A DNA stretch of 64,000 nt from an uncultured Methanosarcinales archaeon (GTDB lineage Archaea; Nanobdellota; Nanobdellia; Woesearchaeales; GW2011-AR15). The DNA lies in contig CAZKFC010000001.1 of the NCBI GenBank assembly GCA_964552005.1, positions 29,983-93,982 of the forward strand. Direction: 5' to 3'. The position numbers and the translations under genes were made by a program. Below, piece by piece: positions 47,040-56,183 of the stretch (within the stretch, counting starts at the first letter, position 1; the number at the start of each line of letters is the position of its first letter). Below the pieces are notes generated by a model. The model was not told the origin of the DNA and did not search any database. It saw only the letters and a list, made by a program, of their open reading frames with translations.

Positions 47040-47298
47040 TATGGAAAAAAAAGATTCTTTTTATGCGAAAACTGCTTTTTTTCTTAGTTTTGGGTTTTGG
47101 ATACCTTTATTTAATATAGGTCTTACAATTGTTTCTATCTATTTGGCCGTGAAAGCCCTAAAATTATATGGGCGCAACCCTAAAAAATATGGCGGAAGAG
47201 AATATGCAATTATTGCTTTAATAGTAAGCGTATCTGCATTAGCTCTTACTTTCTTAGGAATGGCAATTTTTGGTTTGAGAAAACTAATCTGTAACTGA
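47032..47298 (+). CDS. Small two-TM membrane protein (DUF4190-like)
   Basis: 88 aa with two hydrophobic helices. 8-nt overlap with the upstream GT2. Confidence 0.35.
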   Translation: MYNMEKKDSFYAKTAFFLSFGFWIPLFNIGLTIVSIYLAVKALKLYGRNPKKYGGREYAIIALIVSVSALALTFLGMAIFGLRKLICN

Positions 47299-47305
47299 GT
47301 TATAG

Positions 47306-48541
47306 CTAAGTTTTATGATATAGAATATAATTAAATAATGACATTATTAGTGATAAGTTCAATAATAACGTGTATGGAAAATAAAATATAATCACAAGTA
47401 TGTCTTGGATAGTCAGTTTTTCTTTAAAGTATTTTATTGATATTAAGATCATCAGTGCCGTGATTATACCTGCTAAAACACCAAAGATGTTAATGAAAGA
47501 CAATCCCCAAACAGGAAGTTTGTATAAAACATATATAGGACCGAATATGCTGAACCATCTGAAAAGATAACTTAATATAGCAGGAAATCCGGTAGGCAGC
47601 CAGTATTTTATCTGATATATGAGTAAGGGGAAGATTAATATTGAGAAAACTGCCCAGAAAAATTGGTTGAAAAGCAAAAAACTAATAGCAAATGACTTTT
47701 TAAACAATCTCCTGTATTTAACAGAACATTGCAAACCGCCAAAGAACCATCTCATTCTTTGTCTGAAAAGTCCAATTAAATTATTGCAGGCATTCGTATA
47801 ATATGGGGCTTTTACAGTTAAAACATCATACCCCAGCTCAAAAATTTTTAGTGACATATCCATATCTTCTGTCAACATATTTTTTTGAAATAAACCAGTT
47901 TTTTCTAGGATTTTTTTGTTGAAACAGGCAGCGGCGCCAAAAAACCAAATGCCGTTATTAAAAACTTTTGAAAAAGAATAACGGATTAAATTATTTAAGT
48001 TATATTCAATCTTTTGAAAATGTTCAATTACTTTTTTTGGATTTTTTATTAAGATTATACCATTGGTTGCACCAACTTTCTTGTTTGAGAAAGGCCTTAT
48101 TATCTCTTTAATGAAATTTTTGTGTAAGACAGTGTCTGCATCAACAGTTAAAACATAATCATATTTAGATTGTTTTATCCCAAGGTTTAACGCATGGGAC
48201 TTTCCTTTATGTACAGAGTTAATTAATTTAATATCTTTTATTTTTTCTAATATCTTCAACGTATTATCTTTTGAACCGTCGTCAACACAGATAATTTCTA
48301 TTTTTTCCTTGTCATAATTAGACTTAAAAATAGAATTCAAACAATTTTTGATATTTTTTTCTTCATTATATGCCGGAATAATTACACTAATCTCGGGCTC
48401 AAAACTTTTATATTTTTTTTTAATAAAAAAAGACTTAATTATTACAATGAAAACTAAAAATAGCATTGAGAAAACTAAAAAAAACAGCACCATGCCAAAA
48501 TTCATTACCCAGTCATTAGATATAAATTGAACATTCATCAT
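47306..48541 (-). CDS. Membrane glycosyltransferase family 2 with a QxxRW motif (second processive-type GT2)
   Basis: IIPAYNEEKNI, VDDGSKD, TVDADT and QRMRWFFG motifs, flanked by TM helices. Confidence 0.75.
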   Translation of the reverse strand: MMNVQFISNDWVMNFGMVLFFLVFSMLFLVFIVIIKSFFIKKKYKSFEPEISVIIPAYNEEKNIKNCLNSIFKSNYDKEKIEIICVDDGSKDNTLKILEKIKDIKLINSVHKGKSHALNLGIKQSKYDYVLTVDADTVLHKNFIKEIIRPFSNKKVGATNGIILIKNPKKVIEHFQKIEYNLNNLIRYSFSKVFNNGIWFFGAAACFNKKILEKTGLFQKNMLTEDMDMSLKIFELGYDVLTVKAPYYTNACNNLIGLFRQRMRWFFGGLQCSVKYRRLFKKSFAISFLLFNQFFWAVFSILIFPLLIYQIKYWLPTGFPAILSYLFRWFSIFGPIYVLYKLPVWGLSFINIFGVLAGIITALMILISIKYFKEKLTIQDILVIIFYFPYTLLLNLSLIMSLFNYILYHKT

Positions 48542-49914
48542 TAAATTCTTAAATCTTTATATTTCCATATTTCTATTCCAAAGTAATCATATTGTCTCTC
48601 AAAATTAGGGCTGTTCTCTAAAATTAAGAGAATGCCTTCTTCTTCTCTATTCCACACTTGTCCATTTTTCATAGCTTGGTTTATCCACACATATTCTATT
48701 TTTTCTTTATTAAAAAAGTCCAAGATCTTTTTTAAATTTCGCGAGGCAAAAACATCGTTGCTCAACTTAATCTTTAACTTATCTTTTGAGCGTAAAAAGT
48801 ATGTTTTGTCTGTGTAAGGTGTTGCTCCTGAAAAGGTTTTTATTAGATATCCGTATTCGTAATGTGACAATATTTTTGTATCTGGCTTTATTTTGTCTTT
48901 TAACCAGACAAGGCTTAATATTTCGCTTTGTTTTGGACCAACCTTTGACATTTCGTTTAAGTATGATCCTGAAGAAAATATCAGGCCACATAAAATTAAT
49001 AACATCACATAGTTTTTCAAGGTCTTGCTTTGCCATTTACTTTTCCATATTTTTATAAAAGCGTATCCTGAATAATAAGCGAGGATTAAATCAAGGAACA
49101 CAACAAAAGAATGTTCATATAACGAACAAATGAACAGTGCAATTAACGTATAATATATGATAGCGTTCTTGACCTTTTCATTCCAAGATAAAAATATGCC
49201 TAAAACTGCAAGAGCCAAATTAAAAAACCCAAAACCGATTAATGCCCCAAAATCAGATACATACTTAGTTAATAAGAAATATATGGATAATGGTTGCGTG
49301 AATCCTGGATTAATTGTAGTAAAAACATAACTTACCAAAACAATGCCTAACACCGGTAAAAACAAATTTTTACTTTTTAGTTTTTCATAAAAAACAAACA
49401 ACAATAATAATATGATTATGAATAAACTCAGATTAAAAACCAAGACAACAAACAAGCTTAGCATGCTATAAAAGTATTTGTCTTTCAGCATAAACAAAGT
49501 TCCCAGTAAAATAAAAGACAAAGGCAAAAAAAGATTGTTATACACTGAATGAACATAAATAAACGAAGGTGATAAAATAACAATTAAGGAAGTTATGAAA
49601 CGTTGTTTCTCGTTTTTTACTATCTTTCCTAAAATTAAATAAATCAGGCATATATTCAACAACCCAGCTATGAAGGGTAGCAGTCTCATAAAGAAAACTT
49701 GGTTGTTGGATTTACTTATTATAACATCTAACAAATAAGAATTCTCTTTTAACAAATTAAACCCTGTTCCAGACTTAATCTTATTAAGATGGTAATACAC
49801 ATCGTAAGTTGGAAATGCTGTGTTTTTAGTTAATCTTAATACATGGAAAAAAGACAAGATTGCCACACATATTATTAATAATACTAATATTTGGTGGGTT
49901 TTATTTTGTCTCAT
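48541..49914 (-). CDS. Polytopic membrane protein with a C-terminal soluble domain, GT-C-like putative glycosyltransferase (paralog A)
   Basis: About 11 TM helices, then a soluble domain of roughly 130 aa that resembles the C-terminus of the adjacent gene. Start placed at MRQNKTH, which gives an ATGA overlap with the upstream stop. Confidence 0.45.
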   Translation of the reverse strand: MRQNKTHQILVLLIICVAILSFFHVLRLTKNTAFPTYDVYYHLNKIKSGTGFNLLKENSYLLDVIISKSNNQVFFMRLLPFIAGLLNICLIYLILGKIVKNEKQRFITSLIVILSPSFIYVHSVYNNLFLPLSFILLGTLFMLKDKYFYSMLSLFVVLVFNLSLFIIILLLLFVFYEKLKSKNLFLPVLGIVLVSYVFTTINPGFTQPLSIYFLLTKYVSDFGALIGFGFFNLALAVLGIFLSWNEKVKNAIIYYTLIALFICSLYEHSFVVFLDLILAYYSGYAFIKIWKSKWQSKTLKNYVMLLILCGLIFSSGSYLNEMSKVGPKQSEILSLVWLKDKIKPDTKILSHYEYGYLIKTFSGATPYTDKTYFLRSKDKLKIKLSNDVFASRNLKKILDFFNKEKIEYVWINQAMKNGQVWNREEEGILLILENSPNFERQYDYFGIEIWKYKDLRI

Positions 49915-51407
49915 GATTCTTTCAAAGTGCACAATGTTTTATTTACTTTATAAATCTGAACAGTTCTATTTAAAACCAAGTCAAAGCACTCATCATGAAT
50001 ATAAGCAATATCTTCTATACCATATTTTTCTTTAGCCTTTTCAGTGAACATTATATAATCAACATTGTATTTTTCTAAGATCCTGAGAGCTTCGATTCTA
50101 AATTTTTGGGTAAACACAGATTCAACGTCTTTATACCGGACTTCAATATCTTTAATAAGTAAAAAGTCAGTATCAATAATGTTCTTCCTTTCGCCATAAT
50201 AAGTTATAAGATTGCCTTCTTCAGGTATTGCTATAACAACAGAGTCTTTTTTTGTATTATTTTTTAGCCAGATAAACCCGTCAATATATTCTTTTTTTAT
50301 ATTGTTGTTTTTTGTCATTAAAATAAATCCCGGAATAAGTTGGGTTATTAATAGTAAGATTATTACAATTATAATTGCCAAATTAGTAAACTTCGCAAGT
50401 TTTGTTTTTTTCATGCTCAAAATAAAATCTCGCAAAAATTTTCCGAACAGAATAACTAATGAAATACCCATCATTACAAAAGCAAGGTTTGTCTGAATAA
50501 GTTTTAATATGAATAACAAAAACGTTGACAAAAATAGGCTAATAAACAACGAAACGTTTTTGCTTTTCTTTTTTAACAGATAATTATATGTTGTATAGGT
50601 TCCAAAGACAAAGGGTAGTAAACCAATGCTTGACACTGCCTGTGCAATGTTTATGTTGGTGAAATATGTACTGAAAACATTTGACGGTATATTGCTCCAA
50701 ATAATGGAAAGGCCGTGTTTTAGAAATGCTTCTTTAAATATGATGAAGTTTGTCCATAGGAAAAAGAACACAAAGAACGCAACATATTCTAGTTCAATCT
50801 TTTCCAAAGGAGCATTTTCCAGGTAACATAACAAGACAAATATAATCAGTCCAAGAACAATCAAGATAGCAGAAGCAGAGCTCAGAACAATTAACAGAGT
50901 TAATAATATCAAATAATCCAGCTTATCTTTTTCTATGTTTAAAAATAAGTATAATAGAAAAAAACCACCAGGCACGACTAATGATGTAGTACTTATACTT
51001 GTCAAAGTTTCATTTATATAAGTAGGTATTGACGCTGCTACAATTGCACATATCAGAGAGATTTTTCTGTTCTTTACTATTTTTGAACAGATAAGATAGA
51101 TTGCCAAAATCAAGGTTGAAGCAAAGAAATTGTTAATAATCTTTATCACAATGATTTTCGGAAAAAATAATGCGAAACCTGCCAAGATATAAAAATAAAG
51201 CGGCATAAAAACATGTGTTCTTCCACCATAGCTAAGATCATCATTTATTAATGGTCGGCCTGTTTTTGTGATATGATCAACTTGTCTTAAAACAAAATAA
51301 GAATAATCATCTGTAAAATAAGGTGTTTGTAAGGCAAAATATACTCTAGTACCAAAATAGGCAATAAATAAAGTTATTAGAATTATGTATCTTGGCTTTA
51401 ATTTCAT
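49911..51407 (-). CDS. Polytopic membrane protein, GT-C-like putative glycosyltransferase (paralog B)
   Basis: First extracytoplasmic loop carries FTDDYSY (an acidic DD motif as in ArnT/PMT-type GT-C enzymes). Multiple TM helices. C-terminal soluble domain. Confidence 0.45.
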   Translation of the reverse strand: MKLKPRYIILITLFIAYFGTRVYFALQTPYFTDDYSYFVLRQVDHITKTGRPLINDDLSYGGRTHVFMPLYFYILAGFALFFPKIIVIKIINNFFASTLILAIYLICSKIVKNRKISLICAIVAASIPTYINETLTSISTTSLVVPGGFFLLYLFLNIEKDKLDYLILLTLLIVLSSASAILIVLGLIIFVLLCYLENAPLEKIELEYVAFFVFFFLWTNFIIFKEAFLKHGLSIIWSNIPSNVFSTYFTNINIAQAVSSIGLLPFVFGTYTTYNYLLKKKSKNVSLFISLFLSTFLLFILKLIQTNLAFVMMGISLVILFGKFLRDFILSMKKTKLAKFTNLAIIIVIILLLITQLIPGFILMTKNNNIKKEYIDGFIWLKNNTKKDSVVIAIPEEGNLITYYGERKNIIDTDFLLIKDIEVRYKDVESVFTQKFRIEALRILEKYNVDYIMFTEKAKEKYGIEDIAYIHDECFDLVLNRTVQIYKVNKTLCTLKES

Positions 51408-52477
51408 TTTAAGGTTATTGTAACTTTCTTCTCTTTTTCGTTTACATCTATTATTTGTTTATTTTTTTTAACCTCAGCCCATGAACCTTTTTGCAATGTT
51501 TTTTTTACTTGTTCAATTATCTCTTTAATCTCAGTGTACTTTTCATAAATAAGTTCGCCTTTCTTTTTATTCTCAAGATAGGATTTCTTTAACCCGGTTA
51601 TCTGGGTCTCCTGAGTCTTTATTATTCGTTCAATCTTTTTCTTTTCTTTATCTTTCTTGGTAAGGCCTTTTTTTTGTAAAGTCATCTCTTTTTCATGAAA
51701 CTTGCATAATAACTTGTTAAATGAAGCATGCTGTTCGCTTTCTTTATATATTTCAATAGGCGTTATGATGTTTTGGTGTATGTAAGCTTTTGGCACAGTT
51801 TTAATTATGTCTTTAATTACTTTAAACAACCTCTTTTGTTCTTTATCATTCAATTTTTGACTTTTCTTATCTATATCTGCTAATATACATAAAAATTCAG
51901 AATAAAAACCACCCAAACCCAGGTCAGTTGCCAAAGTTATCACAACAGATTTTTTATCAGATTTATCTAATACTTTCTTTAAATCAGATTCTTTTAATTT
52001 TAAGAAATTAAACTCTTTTTTTGGATAATCATATGTGATTCCGGGCCTGATAAGCCTTGAGCCGAAACCTTTGTATTTTAAAGCCATAATTATTTTGTTA
52101 CTGGAATTACATAGCACAATGTTGCCTGGTTTGAAAAGTTCAATATATAATAATAAAGATTTGTTTTCTATCTCTAATTTAATATAGAGAATTCGTTCAA
52201 ACTCTAGCTGTCTGATTTCTCTTATTCTTGTATTTTTAATATGTTTTCTTAGAGACAAAGCGAATTTATCAGAACTTGTGATTGGTTCTTTATTGTCACA
52301 TATACAGATTAAAGAAGGTAAATGTATAATTAGAAATTTTTTGCCTTTATTTGGGATATGTATCTGAAACTGTAATAAATTATCTTTTTGGAATACCTTG
52401 TCAATCTTTGCATTAACTATTTCTTGAAACTCTTGCATCAAAAAATACAGGTCTAATGATGTTAGCTCATCCCTCAT
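51404..52477 (-). CDS. NFACT-N domain protein (Rqc2/FbpA-like, short form) with a coiled-coil C-terminus
   Basis: N-terminus MRDELTSLDLYFLMQEFQEIVNAKIDKVFQ matches the NFACT-N start. 357 aa, with no recognisable NFACT-R domain. Confidence 0.45.
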   Translation of the reverse strand: MRDELTSLDLYFLMQEFQEIVNAKIDKVFQKDNLLQFQIHIPNKGKKFLIIHLPSLICICDNKEPITSSDKFALSLRKHIKNTRIREIRQLEFERILYIKLEIENKSLLLYIELFKPGNIVLCNSSNKIIMALKYKGFGSRLIRPGITYDYPKKEFNFLKLKESDLKKVLDKSDKKSVVITLATDLGLGGFYSEFLCILADIDKKSQKLNDKEQKRLFKVIKDIIKTVPKAYIHQNIITPIEIYKESEQHASFNKLLCKFHEKEMTLQKKGLTKKDKEKKKIERIIKTQETQITGLKKSYLENKKKGELIYEKYTEIKEIIEQVKKTLQKGSWAEVKKNKQIIDVNEKEKKVTITLK

Positions 52478-52515
52478 AATCTAAAATAATTTTTAATATA
52501 TTAAATACTTATCTT

Positions 52516-54231
52516 TTATTTAACTGTAACAGATTTAGCTAGATTTCTCGGTTTGTCTATTGGCAGGTTCAGTTTTAATGCCATATAATATGTTAATAAC
52601 TGCCCAACAATTGTGGCCAATATCCCAAACTTTCCGTCATTTGACGTATTAATCTGTATATCACCTTCAAAATCGTTAGTTATTTTTATGATTCTTGCAC
52701 CTCTTGCCTCAACTTCCATAGTATTGCTTAACATAGCATGATCTTTATTTGATATTAGCGAGATAACGGGTGTGCCTTTTTCAATTAAAGCAATAGTACC
52801 ATGTTTAAGCTCTCCCCCCATCATGCCCTCGGCGTGTATGTAAGAAATTTCTTTTATCTTCAGAGCTATTTCTCGGGCAACAGGATAACTCAAACCACGA
52901 CCTAAAACATAAATGTCCTTATTCATGTAAATGTCATTTGCTATCTTTTTAATAAGGTCTTTTTTTAGCAGAACCCAGGAGATTTTTTCTGCTAAATTAT
53001 TCAGATTAATCTTAAAACCAAATTCTTTTGCAATTGCTAATAACAAGGTAACTTGGTTGACAAAAGATTTGGTGGCAGCAACACAGATTTCCTGGCCAGC
53101 TAGTATATTTAATGATATTTCAGACATTCTTTGAACAGTCGAGTAAGGAACATTAACTATTGAAGCAATCTTGGCATTGTTTTTTTTAGCGTATTTCAAG
53201 GCTTCAATTACATCCATTGTTTCTCCGGATTGTGATATTGGAATAACCAATGTATCTTTATCCACACCAATAAAATGTTGGAATTCAGACGCAATTATGG
53301 TTTGAGCTTCAATACCGCATTTATGTAAGTAATAAACACCTAACAAAGAAGCATGATAACTCGTGCCTGCTGCTAAAAAAGTAACTTTTCTTGATTTTTT
53401 AATCAAGTTGACAAATTTGTTGAAAGATTCTTTTTGTTCTGTTTTTAAGCTGAATAATAGTCTCTTCACAACTTTTGGTTCTTCCATTATTTCTTTAATC
53501 ATGTAATGTTTGTATTTTTGTAAAGTAGATTCTTCCTGTTCCCAACTGAATTTCTGAACTTTTTTTTTTATCTTTTTACCGTCTTTGTCAAAGAAAGTAT
53601 AATCTTTAGGTGTAATTACGGCAAACTCGTTGTTTTCAAAAAAAACAGCTTTATTGGTGATATCTGAAAAGGCATAAATGTCTGAAGCAACAACTGTTCC
53701 TTGATCTGCAATGCCCAATATGAGTGGAGAATCTCTCCTAAGGCAATAAAGATTATCATCTCCCTCTATAATCATAGCAATTGCAAATTCTCCTCTTATA
53801 TCTTTGATAAAATCAACGCATGCGTCTTTAACAGATTTTGTTTTAAGTTTTTCTTCAAAATAATGTGGAATTACTTCTGTGTCAGTCTCACTTAGAAACC
53901 TATGACCTTTTTTTTGCAGATTTGTTTTTAATTCAAGATAATTTTCTATAATTCCGTTATGCACTACAGTAACTTTTTTATCACATGACTGGTGTGGGTG
54001 TGCATTTTGTTTAGTAACGCCGCCATGGGTTGCCCACCTTGTATGGAGGATTATTTTTTTAGTCTTGTTCTTTGTTTCAGGAAAATATATTTCGCCTGTT
54101 TTTTTAAACAAATGACCCGAATAATAATATCCAAAGGAGTCGTAACCCCTATATTCCAACCGTTTTAACCTCTTTAGAGCATCCTTTACAAAAAATTCAT
54201 TCACAAAGCTTAAACCTATAATACCACACAT
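52516..54231 (-). CDS. glmS: Glutamine-fructose-6-phosphate aminotransferase (isomerising)
   Basis: MCGIIG N-terminal nucleophile glutaminase domain plus two SIS domains. 571 aa. Confidence 0.9.
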   Translation of the reverse strand: MCGIIGLSFVNEFFVKDALKRLKRLEYRGYDSFGYYYSGHLFKKTGEIYFPETKNKTKKIILHTRWATHGGVTKQNAHPHQSCDKKVTVVHNGIIENYLELKTNLQKKGHRFLSETDTEVIPHYFEEKLKTKSVKDACVDFIKDIRGEFAIAMIIEGDDNLYCLRRDSPLILGIADQGTVVASDIYAFSDITNKAVFFENNEFAVITPKDYTFFDKDGKKIKKKVQKFSWEQEESTLQKYKHYMIKEIMEEPKVVKRLLFSLKTEQKESFNKFVNLIKKSRKVTFLAAGTSYHASLLGVYYLHKCGIEAQTIIASEFQHFIGVDKDTLVIPISQSGETMDVIEALKYAKKNNAKIASIVNVPYSTVQRMSEISLNILAGQEICVAATKSFVNQVTLLLAIAKEFGFKINLNNLAEKISWVLLKKDLIKKIANDIYMNKDIYVLGRGLSYPVAREIALKIKEISYIHAEGMMGGELKHGTIALIEKGTPVISLISNKDHAMLSNTMEVEARGARIIKITNDFEGDIQINTSNDGKFGILATIVGQLLTYYMALKLNLPIDKPRNLAKSVTVK

Positions 54232-55415
54232 TACCAGCCACCAATGTCTTTTTTAACAATTTCACCAGGTAATGTTGTTTTATTAGGCCAGATCTTTCTC
54301 CCAGGATATATTGAAGTGTGGATTCCCGTATGAACATTATCTCCAATTATGGCGCCAAGTTTTCTTCTATTAGTATTTATTAATTCTCTTTTTACAGGAC
54401 TTTTAATATTTGCATCATCATGCCTTAGATTAGCAGTAATTGTCCCTGCTCCCAGATTAACATTATCTCCAATAATAGAATCACCTATGTAAGACAAATG
54501 GCCTATACAGGTGTTATCTCCGATTATTGAGTTTTTAACTTCAACAGCGTTTCCTATTTTTGAATTATTACCTATTGAAGTTCCAGATCTGATAAAACAA
54601 TTCGGTCCAATAACACAGTTATCACCAATCACAACAGGTCCTTCAATATATGAACCTGCTTTAACAAGAGAGTTTTTTCCAATTATAACAGAATCTTTTA
54701 AAGTAGCGCCTTTTTCAACTTTACCCAGTATTTTAGTTTTAATTTTTCCTACAAAAAATTCATTTGCTTCCAACAAATTCCATGGATAAGATATAGAGAA
54801 TATGTAATCTTGTATCTTAGCATAATTAACTTTTTTTCCGTCTTTTGCTAAATATTTTATGTAATCAAGAATTTCATATTCGTTTCTAACAGATTTTTTA
54901 AGTTTATAAGTGAAAATTGATTTATCTAAAACATAGACACCTCTGTTGGCAAGATCCTTCCCTTTGACTTTTTCTTTTATTTCAACAACATTATTATTTT
55001 TTAAAATTACTTTGCCAAACCTTGATAAGTCCTTAACATTATTTACTAATATACAATAATCATGTTTCATACAATTTTTTAAATCCTTTTTTGAAAAAAA
55101 ATCATCTCCATTTAACACAATAAATTTATTTTTCAAATAGGGCTGAACTAACATAATGGCGTGTCCAGTTCCCTTTGGTGATTTTTGTTTAACATATTTT
55201 ATTTGTAATTTACCAAATTTGTTGCCAATTTTTTCTTTAATCAATTCTTTCTTAAATCCAACTACCAGAATAACTTCCTTTACTAAATTCTGCAACTGCT
55301 CCAGATTATGTTCAAGTATGGTTTTGTTAGCTACTTTTAATAACGGCTTAGGTTTATTTACAGTTAAGGGATAAGTTCTTGTACTTTTACCAGCTAATAA
55401 TAATACAGCTTGCAT
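54231..55415 (-). CDS. Bifunctional sugar-1-phosphate nucleotidyltransferase/acetyltransferase (archaeal GlmU-like)
   Basis: N-terminal LLLAGKSTRTYPLT nucleotidyltransferase motif. C-terminal left-handed beta-helix hexapeptide repeats (IGDNxxIG...). Confidence 0.85.
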   Translation of the reverse strand: MQAVLLLAGKSTRTYPLTVNKPKPLLKVANKTILEHNLEQLQNLVKEVILVVGFKKELIKEKIGNKFGKLQIKYVKQKSPKGTGHAIMLVQPYLKNKFIVLNGDDFFSKKDLKNCMKHDYCILVNNVKDLSRFGKVILKNNNVVEIKEKVKGKDLANRGVYVLDKSIFTYKLKKSVRNEYEILDYIKYLAKDGKKVNYAKIQDYIFSISYPWNLLEANEFFVGKIKTKILGKVEKGATLKDSVIIGKNSLVKAGSYIEGPVVIGDNCVIGPNCFIRSGTSIGNNSKIGNAVEVKNSIIGDNTCIGHLSYIGDSIIGDNVNLGAGTITANLRHDDANIKSPVKRELINTNRRKLGAIIGDNVHTGIHTSIYPGRKIWPNKTTLPGEIVKKDIGGW

Positions 55416-55418
55416 TTT

Positions 55419-56183
55419 TCATTCACCTTTTAATAAATTGATTAATTCATCATGTACTTTAGAGTTTGAACATACAATTTCATCATATTTATCTGTAATT
55501 AGTTTACCTTGAAAATCAGTTACTTTTCCGCCGGCTTCTTTTAATATTAATTGAGCAGCAGCAGTATCCATTATTTTCAAGCCAACTTCATAGTAAGCAT
55601 CTGTTCTGCCTGCAGCAATGTAACATATGTCGAGGGCAGCACTTCCACTCCTCCTTATACCTTGCGCAACTTCAGCAATTCTTGCAAGATATTTTAATAT
55701 TCTTTTTCTATCATTGTAAGGAAACCCTGTTGATACAATACTTTTGTTTAGGGAAGTAGTTTTTGATACAGTTATTTTTTTATTATTTAGGAAAGCACCT
55801 TTACCTTTTTCAGCATAAAACAATTCTTTCATATAGGGTACTAAAACAACTCCAACAATTGGCTTTTTGTTTTTTAGTAAAGCTATAGAAATTGAAAACA
55901 TTGGATAATTATGTGCAAAACTTGTTGTGCCATCAATCGGATCAATGACCCAGACATATTCTGAATTTATATTAATATTTTGTCCCTCTTCCAAAATAAA
56001 ACCATGGCCTGGAAACTTATTTTTTATAACTTTAACAATTTTTTTTTCACTTTCAACATCTGCTTTTGTAACTAAGTCAAATTCTCCTTTGTTCTTAGTG
56101 TGTTTTTCTTTTCCAAAACAAGTCATGGCAATTTTTCCTGCTTCTTTCACAGCTTCAATTGCAACCTCAAGAAAATCTGACAT
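55419..56183 (-). CDS. Inositol monophosphatase / FBPase family protein
   Basis: …VIDPIDGTTSF… and …WDTAAAQLIL…-like motifs of the IMPase fold. Confidence 0.8.
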   Translation of the reverse strand: MSDFLEVAIEAVKEAGKIAMTCFGKEKHTKNKGEFDLVTKADVESEKKIVKVIKNKFPGHGFILEEGQNININSEYVWVIDPIDGTTSFAHNYPMFSISIALLKNKKPIVGVVLVPYMKELFYAEKGKGAFLNNKKITVSKTTSLNKSIVSTGFPYNDRKRILKYLARIAEVAQGIRRSGSAALDICYIAAGRTDAYYEVGLKIMDTAAAQLILKEAGGKVTDFQGKLITDKYDEIVCSNSKVHDELINLLKGE

